Shown: positions 31,269 to 40,248 of the stretch, in pieces
Layout of the letters: each line of letters starts with the position of its first letter
Position numbering within the stretch: the stretch's first letter is position 1
DNA from: Candidatus Woesearchaeota archaeon
Lineage (GTDB): Archaea; Nanobdellota; Nanobdellia; SCGC-AAA011-G17; JACPNG01
DNA: 64,000 nucleotides
Assembly: GCA_018303485.1 (NCBI GenBank)
Contig: JAGVYC010000014.1
Coordinates: 425 to 64,424, forward strand
Reading direction: 5' to 3'
Notes under the pieces: model-generated
Database searches by the model: none
Seen by the model: only the letters and a program-made list of their open reading frames with translations
What the model was told of the DNA's origin: nothing
Program-made: the position numbers and the translations under genes

Positions 31269-31547
31269 TCATGCTTTCATGCCTTTTAGAATGTTATGGT
31301 TTATAACCCATTTCTTCCTTATTAAATATTCTTTTTTTCGTTTATTCATCTTGATATTTGTTATAATTCCGATTTCCCTTAGCTCAAGTAAAAGGCTCTT
31401 TGTAAATTCATTATCCCTTCTTAAAGCAACAGCAATCTCATTTGTAAACATGGGTTTCAATGGATTTTCATACAGCACATTAACAATGTCATCTTTCAAT
31501 AAATTAATAGTCTTTTTAGACAACTTAACCATAAAATCAAAAAACAC
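31269..31547 (-). CDS. small winged-helix DNA-binding protein
   Basis: 92 aa; 'TNEIAVALRRDNEFTKSLLLELREIGII' helix-turn-helix-like segment. Confidence 0.4.
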   Translation of the reverse strand: MFFDFMVKLSKKTINLLKDDIVNVLYENPLKPMFTNEIAVALRRDNEFTKSLLLELREIGIITNIKMNKRKKEYLIRKKWVINHNILKGMKA

Positions 31548-31633
31548 TATGTTTATTTAAATCTTTCCACTTATGCGGTATAACGCATAAAACAAAAAGA
31601 AGGCTTAAATACAAAAACCAATACTAAATCTGC

Positions 31634-33295
31634 ATGTTCGAAAAAGAAATAATACGACTTTTAAAAAAAGAGACAAAACAAAAAAATATAACATTGGAAA
31701 TACCACCAAATCCAGATCTTGGAGATTTTGCATTCCCATGCTTTATTCTGGCAAAACAGCATCAAAAAAACCCTAATGAAATAGCCTTAGAGCTTTCTAT
31801 GAAAATAAAGCCAACAGAGCTATTAGAAGCAATTGTGCCAAAAGGCCCATACTTAAATTTCTTCTTAAATAGATCAAAACTCTCAGAATTAACATTAAAA
31901 TCAATATTAAAAGAAAAAGACAAGTACGGCTCTTATTTAGTGGGAAAAGGAAAAACAGCGTTAATAGAACATACAAGCATTAACCCAAATGCTGCCCCAC
32001 ATGTGGGCAGAGCCAGAAACGCAATAATAGGTGATTCTATAACGAGGTTGCTTAAATTTCAAGGTTATAAAACAGAAGTGCATTATTTTGTTAATGATGT
32101 AGGCAAGCAAATAGCAATTCTTGTCCTAGGTATCGGCAGCAAAAAACCAGAGTTTAAAAAACTCCTTAATATTTATTCAAAAACGTACAATAAAATAAGA
32201 AAAAGCAAAAAATTAGAGCAACAGGCATTCATTTTATTAAAAAAGTTTGAAGAAGGCGATAAAGAAACTATTAAAAGATTCAATCATGTAGTTGATATCT
32301 GCATTAAAGGCCAGATAGAGACATTATCGAAATTAAATGTAAAATATGATGTATTCGATTATGAATCAAAATACTTATTTGATAAGAAAATAAAAGAGAT
32401 TTTAGCTAAATTAGAAAAAACAAACCAGCTTATAACGGATAAAGATAATAGAAAAGTACTCAATTTATCTAGCTTTAATTTGCCAACAAAAGAGCCATAT
32501 TTTGTATTAACAAGGAGCGACAATACTTCTTTATACAGTTTAAGAGATATAGCTTATACATTAGATAAGATAAAGAAATCTAAAACAAAAAACATCATTG
32601 TTCTTGGAGAGGATCAAAAGCTGTATTTTCAGCAGATAAAAGCCGCATTATCATTATTAAAACAGCAAGCTCCCCAAGTAATTCATTATTCGCATATACT
32701 GCTTGCCGGAGGCAATAAAATGTCAACAAGGACAGGAGATGTAGTTTTGCTAGAAGATTTTATTAAAGAAGCAGTAAAGAAGGCAGAAAACGAGCTTAAA
32801 AAAAGGAAATCAAGGAATATTAAAAAAATAGCCTCAGTAATAGGTATAGGTGCTGTTAAATATTCCATACTGAAGGTTTCCCCTGATAAAAACATAGTCT
32901 TTGATTGGGATTCAGCATTATCCTTTGAAGGTGATACATCTCAGTATATACAATATGTCTATGCAAGAGCCTCTTCAATATTAAAAAAAGCAAAAATAAA
33001 TCATAGTAATCCAAATTACCTTATGATTTCATTACCAGAGGAAATAAATCTAATAAACAAGCTTTACAAGTTTCCAGAAACAGTATACAAGGCCACAATA
33101 GAACTAAAGCCTTATATAATAGCAAATTACTTGTATCAATTAGCCCAGATATTTAATGATTTTTACCATAAATGTCAATGTATTTCTGAAGATAGAGAAT
33201 TAACAAAAACACGTTTAGCAATTGTTGCAGCAACAAGGCATGTTATCAAAAATGGTTTGAATATTTTAGGTATAGATGTTACAGAAAAAATGTAA
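31634..33295 (+). CDS. argS: arginyl-tRNA synthetase
   Basis: 'HVGRARNAIIGDS' HIGH-region, 'KMSTRTGD' KMSKS-variant, C-terminal anticodon-binding DALR-like region; 553 aa. Confidence 0.9.
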   Translation: MFEKEIIRLLKKETKQKNITLEIPPNPDLGDFAFPCFILAKQHQKNPNEIALELSMKIKPTELLEAIVPKGPYLNFFLNRSKLSELTLKSILKEKDKYGSYLVGKGKTALIEHTSINPNAAPHVGRARNAIIGDSITRLLKFQGYKTEVHYFVNDVGKQIAILVLGIGSKKPEFKKLLNIYSKTYNKIRKSKKLEQQAFILLKKFEEGDKETIKRFNHVVDICIKGQIETLSKLNVKYDVFDYESKYLFDKKIKEILAKLEKTNQLITDKDNRKVLNLSSFNLPTKEPYFVLTRSDNTSLYSLRDIAYTLDKIKKSKTKNIIVLGEDQKLYFQQIKAALSLLKQQAPQVIHYSHILLAGGNKMSTRTGDVVLLEDFIKEAVKKAENELKKRKSRNIKKIASVIGIGAVKYSILKVSPDKNIVFDWDSALSFEGDTSQYIQYVYARASSILKKAKINHSNPNYLMISLPEEINLINKLYKFPETVYKATIELKPYIIANYLYQLAQIFNDFYHKCQCISEDRELTKTRLAIVAATRHVIKNGLNILGIDVTEKM

Positions 33296-33341
33296 ATTCC
33301 AACACAATAACCTTTAAATAACCCTCCAATATAGCAATTAA

Positions 33342-33776
33342 ATGCCAATAATAAGTTTTAATTATGGTAAAATGTTAATAGAAAAGAAAAAAGACCAAAT
33401 AAAAGGGGATGTAAAAGTAAAAAACGATCTGGTTTTACAATCTTTGACATTAACAGACATAGATATTGGAAAGAAAAAACAAGAGGTAATAAAGTTAAAT
33501 TTTGAATTCCTTACAGAATACCAACCAGGTCTCGGTAATATAAGCATTGGTGGTACAATATTATTTTTAGAATCTGCAGATAATATAAAATTGATAACTG
33601 ATATGTGGAAAAAAGAGAAAAAAATACCTCAGCAGTTCGCTGCCAATATTATAAATGTTATTCTTACAAAATCAAATATTAAGGCATTAGAATTGTCTCA
33701 ATCGGTCAATCTCCCGCCTCATATCCGTTTGCCAATGATACTTCCTAAACAGGATTTTAAGAATTATATAGGCTAA
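33342..33776 (+). CDS. hypothetical protein (144 aa)
   Basis: ORF only; first gene of the AT-rich accessory segment. Confidence 0.4.
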   Translation: MPIISFNYGKMLIEKKKDQIKGDVKVKNDLVLQSLTLTDIDIGKKKQEVIKLNFEFLTEYQPGLGNISIGGTILFLESADNIKLITDMWKKEKKIPQQFAANIINVILTKSNIKALELSQSVNLPPHIRLPMILPKQDFKNYIG

Positions 33777-33797
33777 TTGTTCATTCATTCACATCTT

Positions 33798-33824
33798 ATG
33801 CACACTCTGTGCACACTCTGTGCA
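33798..33824 (+). repeat. 11-nt direct repeat TGCACACTCTG x2.5
   Basis: tgcacactctg tgcacactctg tgcac read directly, upstream of the probable start of paralog A. Confidence 0.9.
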
Positions 33825-33854
33825 CGTAATGCAGTTATAACCTTATTACTTAAA

Positions 33855-34415
33855 ATGGGCAATGACTTAAAAAACCTAAAGAATGACTTAAAAGTCTCTT
33901 TTTCTAAGGCAAAAGAACATATAATCTCTCTAGAAAGCCAGATTATCGAGCTAAAGTATCAGATTTTAGAGATAAAATCCCTTCTTAATGACTTGAAACC
34001 AACAAAAACACCACATTCACTATTTCCATCAGAAGTAAGTTCCAAAGGAAATGAAGGGGTTCATTCATTCATTCATTCAGTTATTCATTCAAACATTCAC
34101 ACATCAAACACACAAGATTTGTTAAAAACTATGACAAAACAAGAGGTATTAGTTCTATTAACAATAGCTCAATTAGAAGAAGAATTGCATAATATAACTT
34201 ACCCAGATATAGCTAATAAATTAAAACTCTCACAAGGATGTATCAGGAGCTATATTACTTCGTTAATCCGCAAAAATGCACCCATATACAAAGAAAAATA
34301 CAATAATAAAATAACAATCATCAAAACAAACCCTCATTTTAAGTCAATAAACAAGCAAGTTTTAATTGATGCATTCTATAAAGTAGATACTCATCAGAAG
34401 AGGCTATTCGAATGA
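33855..34415 (+). CDS. coiled-coil + C-terminal winged-helix protein (paralog A); start taken at internal Met
   Basis: ORF opens at 33777 but first 26 codons overlap an 11-nt direct repeat and (TTCA)3; C-terminal 'LSQGCIRSYITSLIRK' HTH; contains in-frame (TTCA)5. Confidence 0.5.
   Translation: MGNDLKNLKNDLKVSFSKAKEHIISLESQIIELKYQILEIKSLLNDLKPTKTPHSLFPSEVSSKGNEGVHSFIHSVIHSNIHTSNTQDLLKTMTKQEVLVLLTIAQLEEELHNITYPDIANKLKLSQGCIRSYITSLIRKNAPIYKEKYNNKITIIKTNPHFKSINKQVLIDAFYKVDTHQKRLFE
34060..34079 (+). repeat. perfect (TTCA)5 tetranucleotide microsatellite inside a coding frame, continuing as degenerate TCAT-like units to ~34112
   Basis: ttcattcattcattcattca read directly; a shorter (TTCA)3 occurs at 33780-33791 just upstream of the same gene. 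Confidence 0.9.
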
Positions 34416-35033
34416 ACTCTCATTTTTAGCACGTTTAACCAGTATAGCACGTTCTTTTAATATCTCATTTTTCCTTTGTTCATCAATAAAGAATCTTTTT
34501 TTGCCAGTTCTTTCAATATATTCACATACTAAACTCTCATTTTTTTGTTTTATATTATTCATTTGTCCTCTAATTGTAGAACTATCTCTTCCAATCATAA
34601 CACTTAGATCTTCATAGCTAAGTTTTATATTAGTATTAAGTAATATATTCATTATAACCCTTTCCATGGGCGTTAAATTTTTAGTCCATTTATCCCCTAA
34701 TCTATCTGTTTGGACAATCATCACGTTCTGTTTCAAACGGACATCTGTCTGTTTATGTCCAAACGGCTGTTCAAACATATGCCCAATTGCAGTATTTTGT
34801 TTAAAATTAACCAACATATCACTAAATACACCTTCTAAATCATCAATACGTTTTTCTATTATAGCTATTTTTTTATCTTTTACGTCATGGTTCTCATTTA
34901 ATTTATTAAACATATTAATTAAATTTGTAATATCTGTTTTTACATTCGAAAAAGATTTATGCAGAGAAGAATTAATATTTCCTATTTTTTCACCATAATC
35001 ACTATAATCTCTTTTTTTTAACCACCAAAACAT
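34404..35033 (-). CDS. coiled-coil + C-terminal winged-helix protein (paralog B)
   Basis: 209 aa; 'LSYEDLSVMIGRDSSTIRGQMNNI' HTH aligns with paralog A; convergent with A, overlapping by 12 nt. Confidence 0.5.
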   Translation of the reverse strand: MFWWLKKRDYSDYGEKIGNINSSLHKSFSNVKTDITNLINMFNKLNENHDVKDKKIAIIEKRIDDLEGVFSDMLVNFKQNTAIGHMFEQPFGHKQTDVRLKQNVMIVQTDRLGDKWTKNLTPMERVIMNILLNTNIKLSYEDLSVMIGRDSSTIRGQMNNIKQKNESLVCEYIERTGKKRFFIDEQRKNEILKERAILVKRAKNESSFE

Positions 35034-35185
35034 AAATATTTACAACATAAACTCTTTAATAAACTTTATGCTTTTCTCACTAAAACTATATTAATTCAAA
35101 CAAACAACTATATTTACATCTAAATAGAAAAGTAAATAAATAACATTTCACTTAAAAAATTAAATATAATTAAAAAAAGATTAGT

Positions 35186-35950
35186 ATGAATGAATTCAAA
35201 TATAAAGAAAAAACATATTTAATTGATTCTTCAAAGAAGGTGCCAACATATGGCGATTTTGATGAAACAACAAATACGATTTATGTAGATAAAAACTCAC
35301 CGGGAATACTGCATGAAGGCATAGCAGTTCATGAAATAGAAGAGCTAAACATACTTAAAAAAGGCCATAGCTATGTTTTCTCACATAATTACGCTCAAAG
35401 GAAGGAGTTAGTATTCTATCAATCTAAATATGGAAAAGAAGAAGGTTTTAACTTGTTACTTAGGGAAGAAGAGTTAGTTCTAAATTATAATGTTCCAAAT
35501 CTAAGGATAAGAAGAGTAAAACTGCAAAAAAACACAAATATGCCTCTAGTTGAGATAAAATTAGTTAAAGAAGCATATTATAATGGCAAGAAATATAAGC
35601 TAGACACATCACAAAAACTAATTCATGCATTATCAGACATTTATGAAACAAAAAACACCATATACATAGACAAAGATGTCCCAGAAAAATTCTATGAGGG
35701 CCTAATAGTCTATGAAATAGAGCTAAGAAATGTGCTAAAACAAGGCTTAGGATACCTTAAAGCAAGGATCGAGGCCCATATAAATGAGCTGTTGTTTTAC
35801 CAGTCTAAATATGGATATGATGCTGGTATGAAAATAATGGAAGAAGAAAGAGAATTACAAACACAAATGTTCGCAAAAGAAAAAGAAGCACTATCTCAAG
35901 AAAATGTTCATAAAATAATCTATGAAAAAAATGAGGTTTTACCTGCTTAA
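35186..35950 (+). CDS. hypothetical protein with internal tandem duplication (~120 aa x2)
   Basis: 'NTIYVDKNSPGILHEGIAVHEIEELNILKKG...ELVFYQSKYGKEEG' repeats as 'NTIYIDKDVPEKFYEGLIVYEIELRNVLKQG...ELLFYQSKYGYDAG'. Confidence 0.5.
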   Translation: MNEFKYKEKTYLIDSSKKVPTYGDFDETTNTIYVDKNSPGILHEGIAVHEIEELNILKKGHSYVFSHNYAQRKELVFYQSKYGKEEGFNLLLREEELVLNYNVPNLRIRRVKLQKNTNMPLVEIKLVKEAYYNGKKYKLDTSQKLIHALSDIYETKNTIYIDKDVPEKFYEGLIVYEIELRNVLKQGLGYLKARIEAHINELLFYQSKYGYDAGMKIMEEERELQTQMFAKEKEALSQENVHKIIYEKNEVLPA

Positions 35951-36527
35951 AACATTCAATTAATTCTAAGATTATTTATTTAAAGATATTCTAATCATTG
36001 ATAAAAATATTTAATCTAGAATTTATAACACAAATTTTATTAATAACCAACATACCTTAATTACAAATGGTTGCTGTAAAAAAACACACTTTAGAAGAAA
36101 AAACAGAACATATGGTATATACTTTTTCAGGTACATTTAAAGATTTCAAATTAGGCGAACTTCCATTTGGAGGCTATTTTTTATATGAATCAAGAGGCCC
36201 ACAGATAGTTATATAGAAGGAGTATTAGTTGATCGCAGAGGTCGTTCTAAAATAATCAGGCAATTTTAAAGTTCTGTAGTAAATTATATTTTCTTAAAGA
36301 AGATACTTCATCTTATTGGGCGCCTATAAGCCACAATAAACAGGAATTTTAAGTATAATATAGTTCTTAAAATATATAATCATTGATTGTATAATCTATT
36401 TTAACATATAATTTTATCAATTATTAAAGTATTTAAGCTAAAATACCTATAAAGTTCGCACAAGATATATTGTTGCTACTTTAAGATTTGGAGTATAATT
36501 TATAAATATGTTCGCACAATCTGGCAT

Positions 36528-37391
36528 ATGGAAAAAATGGAATTTTTGAAAAGGCTTGAAACAGAATTGAAAATTTCTAAGAACTCACCCTATACAATCA
36601 GAAACTATCTTAGTGCAAATTCTAAGCTTTTAGACTTTATCAAAAAGAACCCGGAAGATATTGGTCAAGAAGATGTAAAGCTCTTTATGGCAGAGAATCT
36701 TACAAATAAATCTGCCATATCAAACATTTTATTTTTATCTGCAGTAAAATATTCCTATATCAATATCCTACATAAAGATCCCACTGCAGGGATTAAACGT
36801 CCAAAAAAAGAGAAGAGAATCCCTATTGTTTTAAACAAAGAGGAGATACAAAAGCTTTTAAACACCATACCAAATCCCAAAACAAAACTCATGTTGAGTT
36901 TAATGTATGCATGCGGTCTTAGGGTTTCTGAACTAGTAAACTTAAAAATACTAGATCTAGATTTTATGGAAAAAATAGGCCAAGTTCGCCAAGCCAAAGG
37001 GAAGAAAGATAGGATTTTTAATATTCCATACGTTTTATATGACAAATTAAATGAGCAGGCAAAAAAACAAAAAGAAAACAATCAAGAGTATTTGTTCTCC
37101 GGCCCAAAAGGTAAGTTAAGCATAAGGAACATAGAAAAGATAACTAGGCTGGCAGCTAAATCATCAGGGATACAGCAAAAAGTTCACTGCCATACTTTTC
37201 GCCATAGTTTTGCAACACATTTACTTGAAAATGGCATAGACATAAGAATCATCCAGGAACTGCTAGGCCATTCGAATCTTGCTACAACAGAAATATATAC
37301 TCATGTATCAAATGAAAAAATAAAAAAAGTCATATCACCATTAGATGCGATTATGCAAAATAAAGAAAACATACAAAATGAAAAGGAATAA
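36528..37391 (+). CDS. tyrosine site-specific recombinase (XerA/XerCD-like integrase)
   Basis: N-terminal SAM-like core-binding domain; catalytic 'HTFRHSFATHLL', 'LLGHSNLATTEIYTHV' (R..HxxR..Y). Confidence 0.85.
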   Translation: MEKMEFLKRLETELKISKNSPYTIRNYLSANSKLLDFIKKNPEDIGQEDVKLFMAENLTNKSAISNILFLSAVKYSYINILHKDPTAGIKRPKKEKRIPIVLNKEEIQKLLNTIPNPKTKLMLSLMYACGLRVSELVNLKILDLDFMEKIGQVRQAKGKKDRIFNIPYVLYDKLNEQAKKQKENNQEYLFSGPKGKLSIRNIEKITRLAAKSSGIQQKVHCHTFRHSFATHLLENGIDIRIIQELLGHSNLATTEIYTHVSNEKIKKVISPLDAIMQNKENIQNEKE

Positions 37392-37898
37392 CAAGTTTAG
37401 AATTAAAATTTAGAAGGCATTATAGTAACATCATTTGTTGGTTGGATTAAGAAATAAAATATATTCTGCTCCAGATATAAGTTTATAAATTTAATTCTAC
37501 CAAGATTTTTGTGAAAAAAGAGAAGTTAAGTCTAATAGGAAAAATGTTATTGGCCTTGATGAATTCAACAACAGCTATCATATTAATGCTGCACATGGTA
37601 TCGATTTCCCAATGATATTTTGCAGTTACTTAGTCAAAGATTATGCTCGTTCTTGCTATTCAAATCAAATATACGGAAGAAAAGGCAAGGTTTTCACAAG
37701 TAATGGCAGGTCTCTTGAAGAAGTTGTAAAAAGAACAAGATTTTACACTGGCATAAGCAACTGCGTTATTTTTATACAACACTATCAAAAAAAGAACACC
37801 ATACAAATCCATTAATAAAAAAAGCAGAGGCATTTGCAGTTATAACACTTGATTTATTCATAAGGTATGGCTTATCCGAGCAAAACACAGTAATAGTA

Positions 37899-38216
37899 AT
37901 GGATAAAATGACAAAAAACAATTATTCAGAAGAAGTATATGCCATGTATCATGAATATCTCAGAATAGCTGGTTTGAATGTGCCAGTTAAAAATCAACTA
38001 AGGGCAGATCACCTTAATCCTGCTGTTAAAAAGGCAGACAGAATAGCCTTTTACATAGGTGCGCTTAAATTTAAAGGCAATGTGGCCAAATGGCCATTTC
38101 TAGAAAAAAGAATATATATAGCAAGGCTGCCAGAGCTTATTCTTCGCTTAAATCATCCAGAATTTTTTGAAGAAGATCACAATCATAGTCTAACCTCTAG
38201 TTTCGACATATCATGA
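37899..38216 (+). CDS. hypothetical protein (105 aa)
   Basis: ORF only, within putative element cargo. Confidence 0.35.
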   Translation: MDKMTKNNYSEEVYAMYHEYLRIAGLNVPVKNQLRADHLNPAVKKADRIAFYIGALKFKGNVAKWPFLEKRIYIARLPELILRLNHPEFFEEDHNHSLTSSFDIS

Positions 38217-38599
38217 AACCTGTTCATATAGTTATCAGCACTATTTATGCTCTTGAATCCCTTTAGCCTTTCTCTCAGCCTTTTCAATCCACCAATAATT
38301 CTTTCTTCAGTTTCGCCATCATCATTTTCATCAATAACAACATTCACAAAACCATCCAAAATATCATTAGAATTAACAACATATTTATTCTTGGCAGAAG
38401 TTTTAATATCTTTTAACATATTAGAGACAAATTTATCGACATCATCACCTGCCAAAAGAACTTTATCTATGCTTTTTAATAAACCGTTTTCTTCATACTG
38501 TATTAATAGCCTTAAATCATTCTTATGTACATCCGGCTTAGCCTCTATATTTTTAAACCGTAATAACACCCTTTGCATGTGTTTTATGTATAAGAGCAA
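38183..38599 (-). CDS. hypothetical acidic protein (138 aa)
   Basis: ORF only; D/E-rich; ends 48 nt before tRNA-Lys. Confidence 0.4.
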   Translation of the reverse strand: MLLYIKHMQRVLLRFKNIEAKPDVHKNDLRLLIQYEENGLLKSIDKVLLAGDDVDKFVSNMLKDIKTSAKNKYVVNSNDILDGFVNVVIDENDDGETEERIIGGLKRLRERLKGFKSINSADNYMNRFHDMSKLEVRL

Positions 38600-38647
38600 A
38601 TTTATAAATATTTTTAAATGGCAATATGTGAATTAATATCCTACAAT

Positions 38648-38722
38648 GGGCCCGTAGCTCAGGTCGGTTAGAGCAGCTCGCTCTTAACGAGAAGGTCGTG
38701 GGTTCAAATCCCATCAGGCCCA
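38648..38722 (+). tRNA. tRNA-Lys (anticodon CUU)
   Basis: 75-nt cloverleaf: acceptor GGGCCCG, D-arm GCTC/GAGC, anticodon loop CTCTTAA, T-arm GTGGG-TTCAAAT-CCCAT, discriminator A; one C-A mismatch in acceptor (6:67) and G-A at 27:43. Confidence 0.8.
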
Positions 38723-38776
38723 AAAACAATAGAAAATCTTTTATACAGCAAATATAGGGTATATAGGGTAATTAGC

Positions 38777-39415
38777 ATGAAAAAATTAATAGTTTTATTT
38801 TTGCTCGTATTCTTAATATCATGTAGTGTAGAAAAACAAAGCTTGACAGAGCAACCAAATACTGAAAAAGTTGAACAACAATTACCATTACAAAAATCTG
38901 AACTAAAGACTAAATCTCCTTCAATGCCGTCTGAAAATTACTATAAATTCTATCTTGATAATGAATTGGATTTTAATGGCAACAAAATTAAACTGTTAGA
39001 TATCAACAATGAGGGCGAAACAACATTAGATATCAATAGCAATAAATGGATTATGTATGAAACAGATACAGAAGATATAGTATATGGCATGAAGGTAGTT
39101 GTTCAGGAGCTTAATTATGACTACATCAACAAAACAAAAATATACGCTGTAGTAACAGTTGAAAGATTTGAGCTAAAGCCAAATGAATATTTAATTAAAG
39201 ACAAGCAAACAATGACAACTATTAATGGCGCTAAAACAACATTAAAAAGGGTAAACTTTGACAAATCAATTATATTGGATTACAACAAGGAATTGTCATT
39301 AAGAATTTTAGAAGGATCAACATTGGAAACACAAGGCGTTAGCATAACAAATGTCAAAGCCTTTCCAAGGCCAATAACATCAGAATCTTATGCTTTGATA
39401 AAGGTAACACCTTAA
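38777..39415 (+). CDS. secreted lipoprotein, unknown function
   Basis: Signal peptide 'MKKLIVLFLLVFLISC' with lipobox-like LISC; 212 aa. Confidence 0.55.
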   Translation: MKKLIVLFLLVFLISCSVEKQSLTEQPNTEKVEQQLPLQKSELKTKSPSMPSENYYKFYLDNELDFNGNKIKLLDINNEGETTLDINSNKWIMYETDTEDIVYGMKVVVQELNYDYINKTKIYAVVTVERFELKPNEYLIKDKQTMTTINGAKTTLKRVNFDKSIILDYNKELSLRILEGSTLETQGVSITNVKAFPRPITSESYALIKVTP

Positions 39416-39449
39416 CTTTTCTTTTAAAAACACCATTAAATTTGTTCTT

Positions 39450-39710
39450 TCACAATTCTTCTTTATAGGCTATCTGGTGTTTTGCAGTCTTTTCAAACAA
39501 GGCAATAGCCAATGCTACAATATCGCTTTGGTAATCCTTTAACCCCATATTTTCCACAATGTTTTTAGCACAGATTATGCATTCTGCCATAGCTCTTGCA
39601 TTCTCATCAAAAGCATATTCTTCAGCAGCAAGTTCTTCGTCTTCTGTTAAAGAAACCTCTTTCCATATTTTTGCGCCATTATTTTTTGGAAAACTTTTTG
39701 TAAATACCAT
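39450..39710 (-). CDS. hypothetical protein (86 aa)
   Basis: ORF only. Confidence 0.35.
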   Translation of the reverse strand: MVFTKSFPKNNGAKIWKEVSLTEDEELAAEEYAFDENARAMAECIICAKNIVENMGLKDYQSDIVALAIALFEKTAKHQIAYKEEL

Positions 39711-39794
39711 CAGTAGGATAAATGAATTTGGATTTATATTGCCTTGGTATAGAATAATAAAAAAATTAAGAAAAAAGATGGAAATCTTCCACCA

Positions 39795-40085
39795 TTATAA
39801 TAAATTTTTTATCCTTTCAATATATTCAGCAACTTTATTGCCGTTTTCTGTCAATTTTATCACCTTAATTCTGCCTTGCTTTTCAAAATCAACTAATTTT
39901 GCTTTTTCCATTTCTTGCAGAATCTTTACGGCATGCGAATATGTGCAATCAACTTCTTTGGCTAAAATACTGCCATATCTAAATCTTGTATTCTTTCTTA
40001 GAGCTATTAATATCATAGCTGGTTTTCTTCTAAAAAATACCTCAAATATATCTTTTTTTCTAGACATTCTGCCCCCTATCACCAC
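39795..40085 (-). CDS. small winged-helix transcriptional regulator
   Basis: 96 aa; 'RYGSILAKEVDCTYSHAVKILQEMEKAKLV' HTH-like. Confidence 0.45.
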   Translation of the reverse strand: MVIGGRMSRKKDIFEVFFRRKPAMILIALRKNTRFRYGSILAKEVDCTYSHAVKILQEMEKAKLVDFEKQGRIKVIKLTENGNKVAEYIERIKNLL

Positions 40086-40248
40086 TATAATTCATATTAT
40101 TATATCACCAATATTTAAATGTTTGGATTAGATTATATATTTTCAATACTATATCATAAAAACACATAAAAAGCTTTCTTTTGTTACTAATCTATAACAA
40201 AACACTTTAGAAAAGGTTATAAAAAACGCAAAAATCTAATTTATTGAA

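Noticed and set aside
37612-37815. 67-aa ORF between the recombinase and downstream orphan genes
   Set aside because: It is short and Cys/Tyr-rich with no start context or motif, so it is not reported as a feature.
33296-38722. attL/attR direct repeats matching the tRNA-Lys 3' end
   Set aside because: I looked in the intervals 33296-33345, 35034-35185 and 35951-36527 and could not see a copy of GGTTCAAATCCCATCAGG. Element boundaries therefore remain a hypothesis, not a feature.
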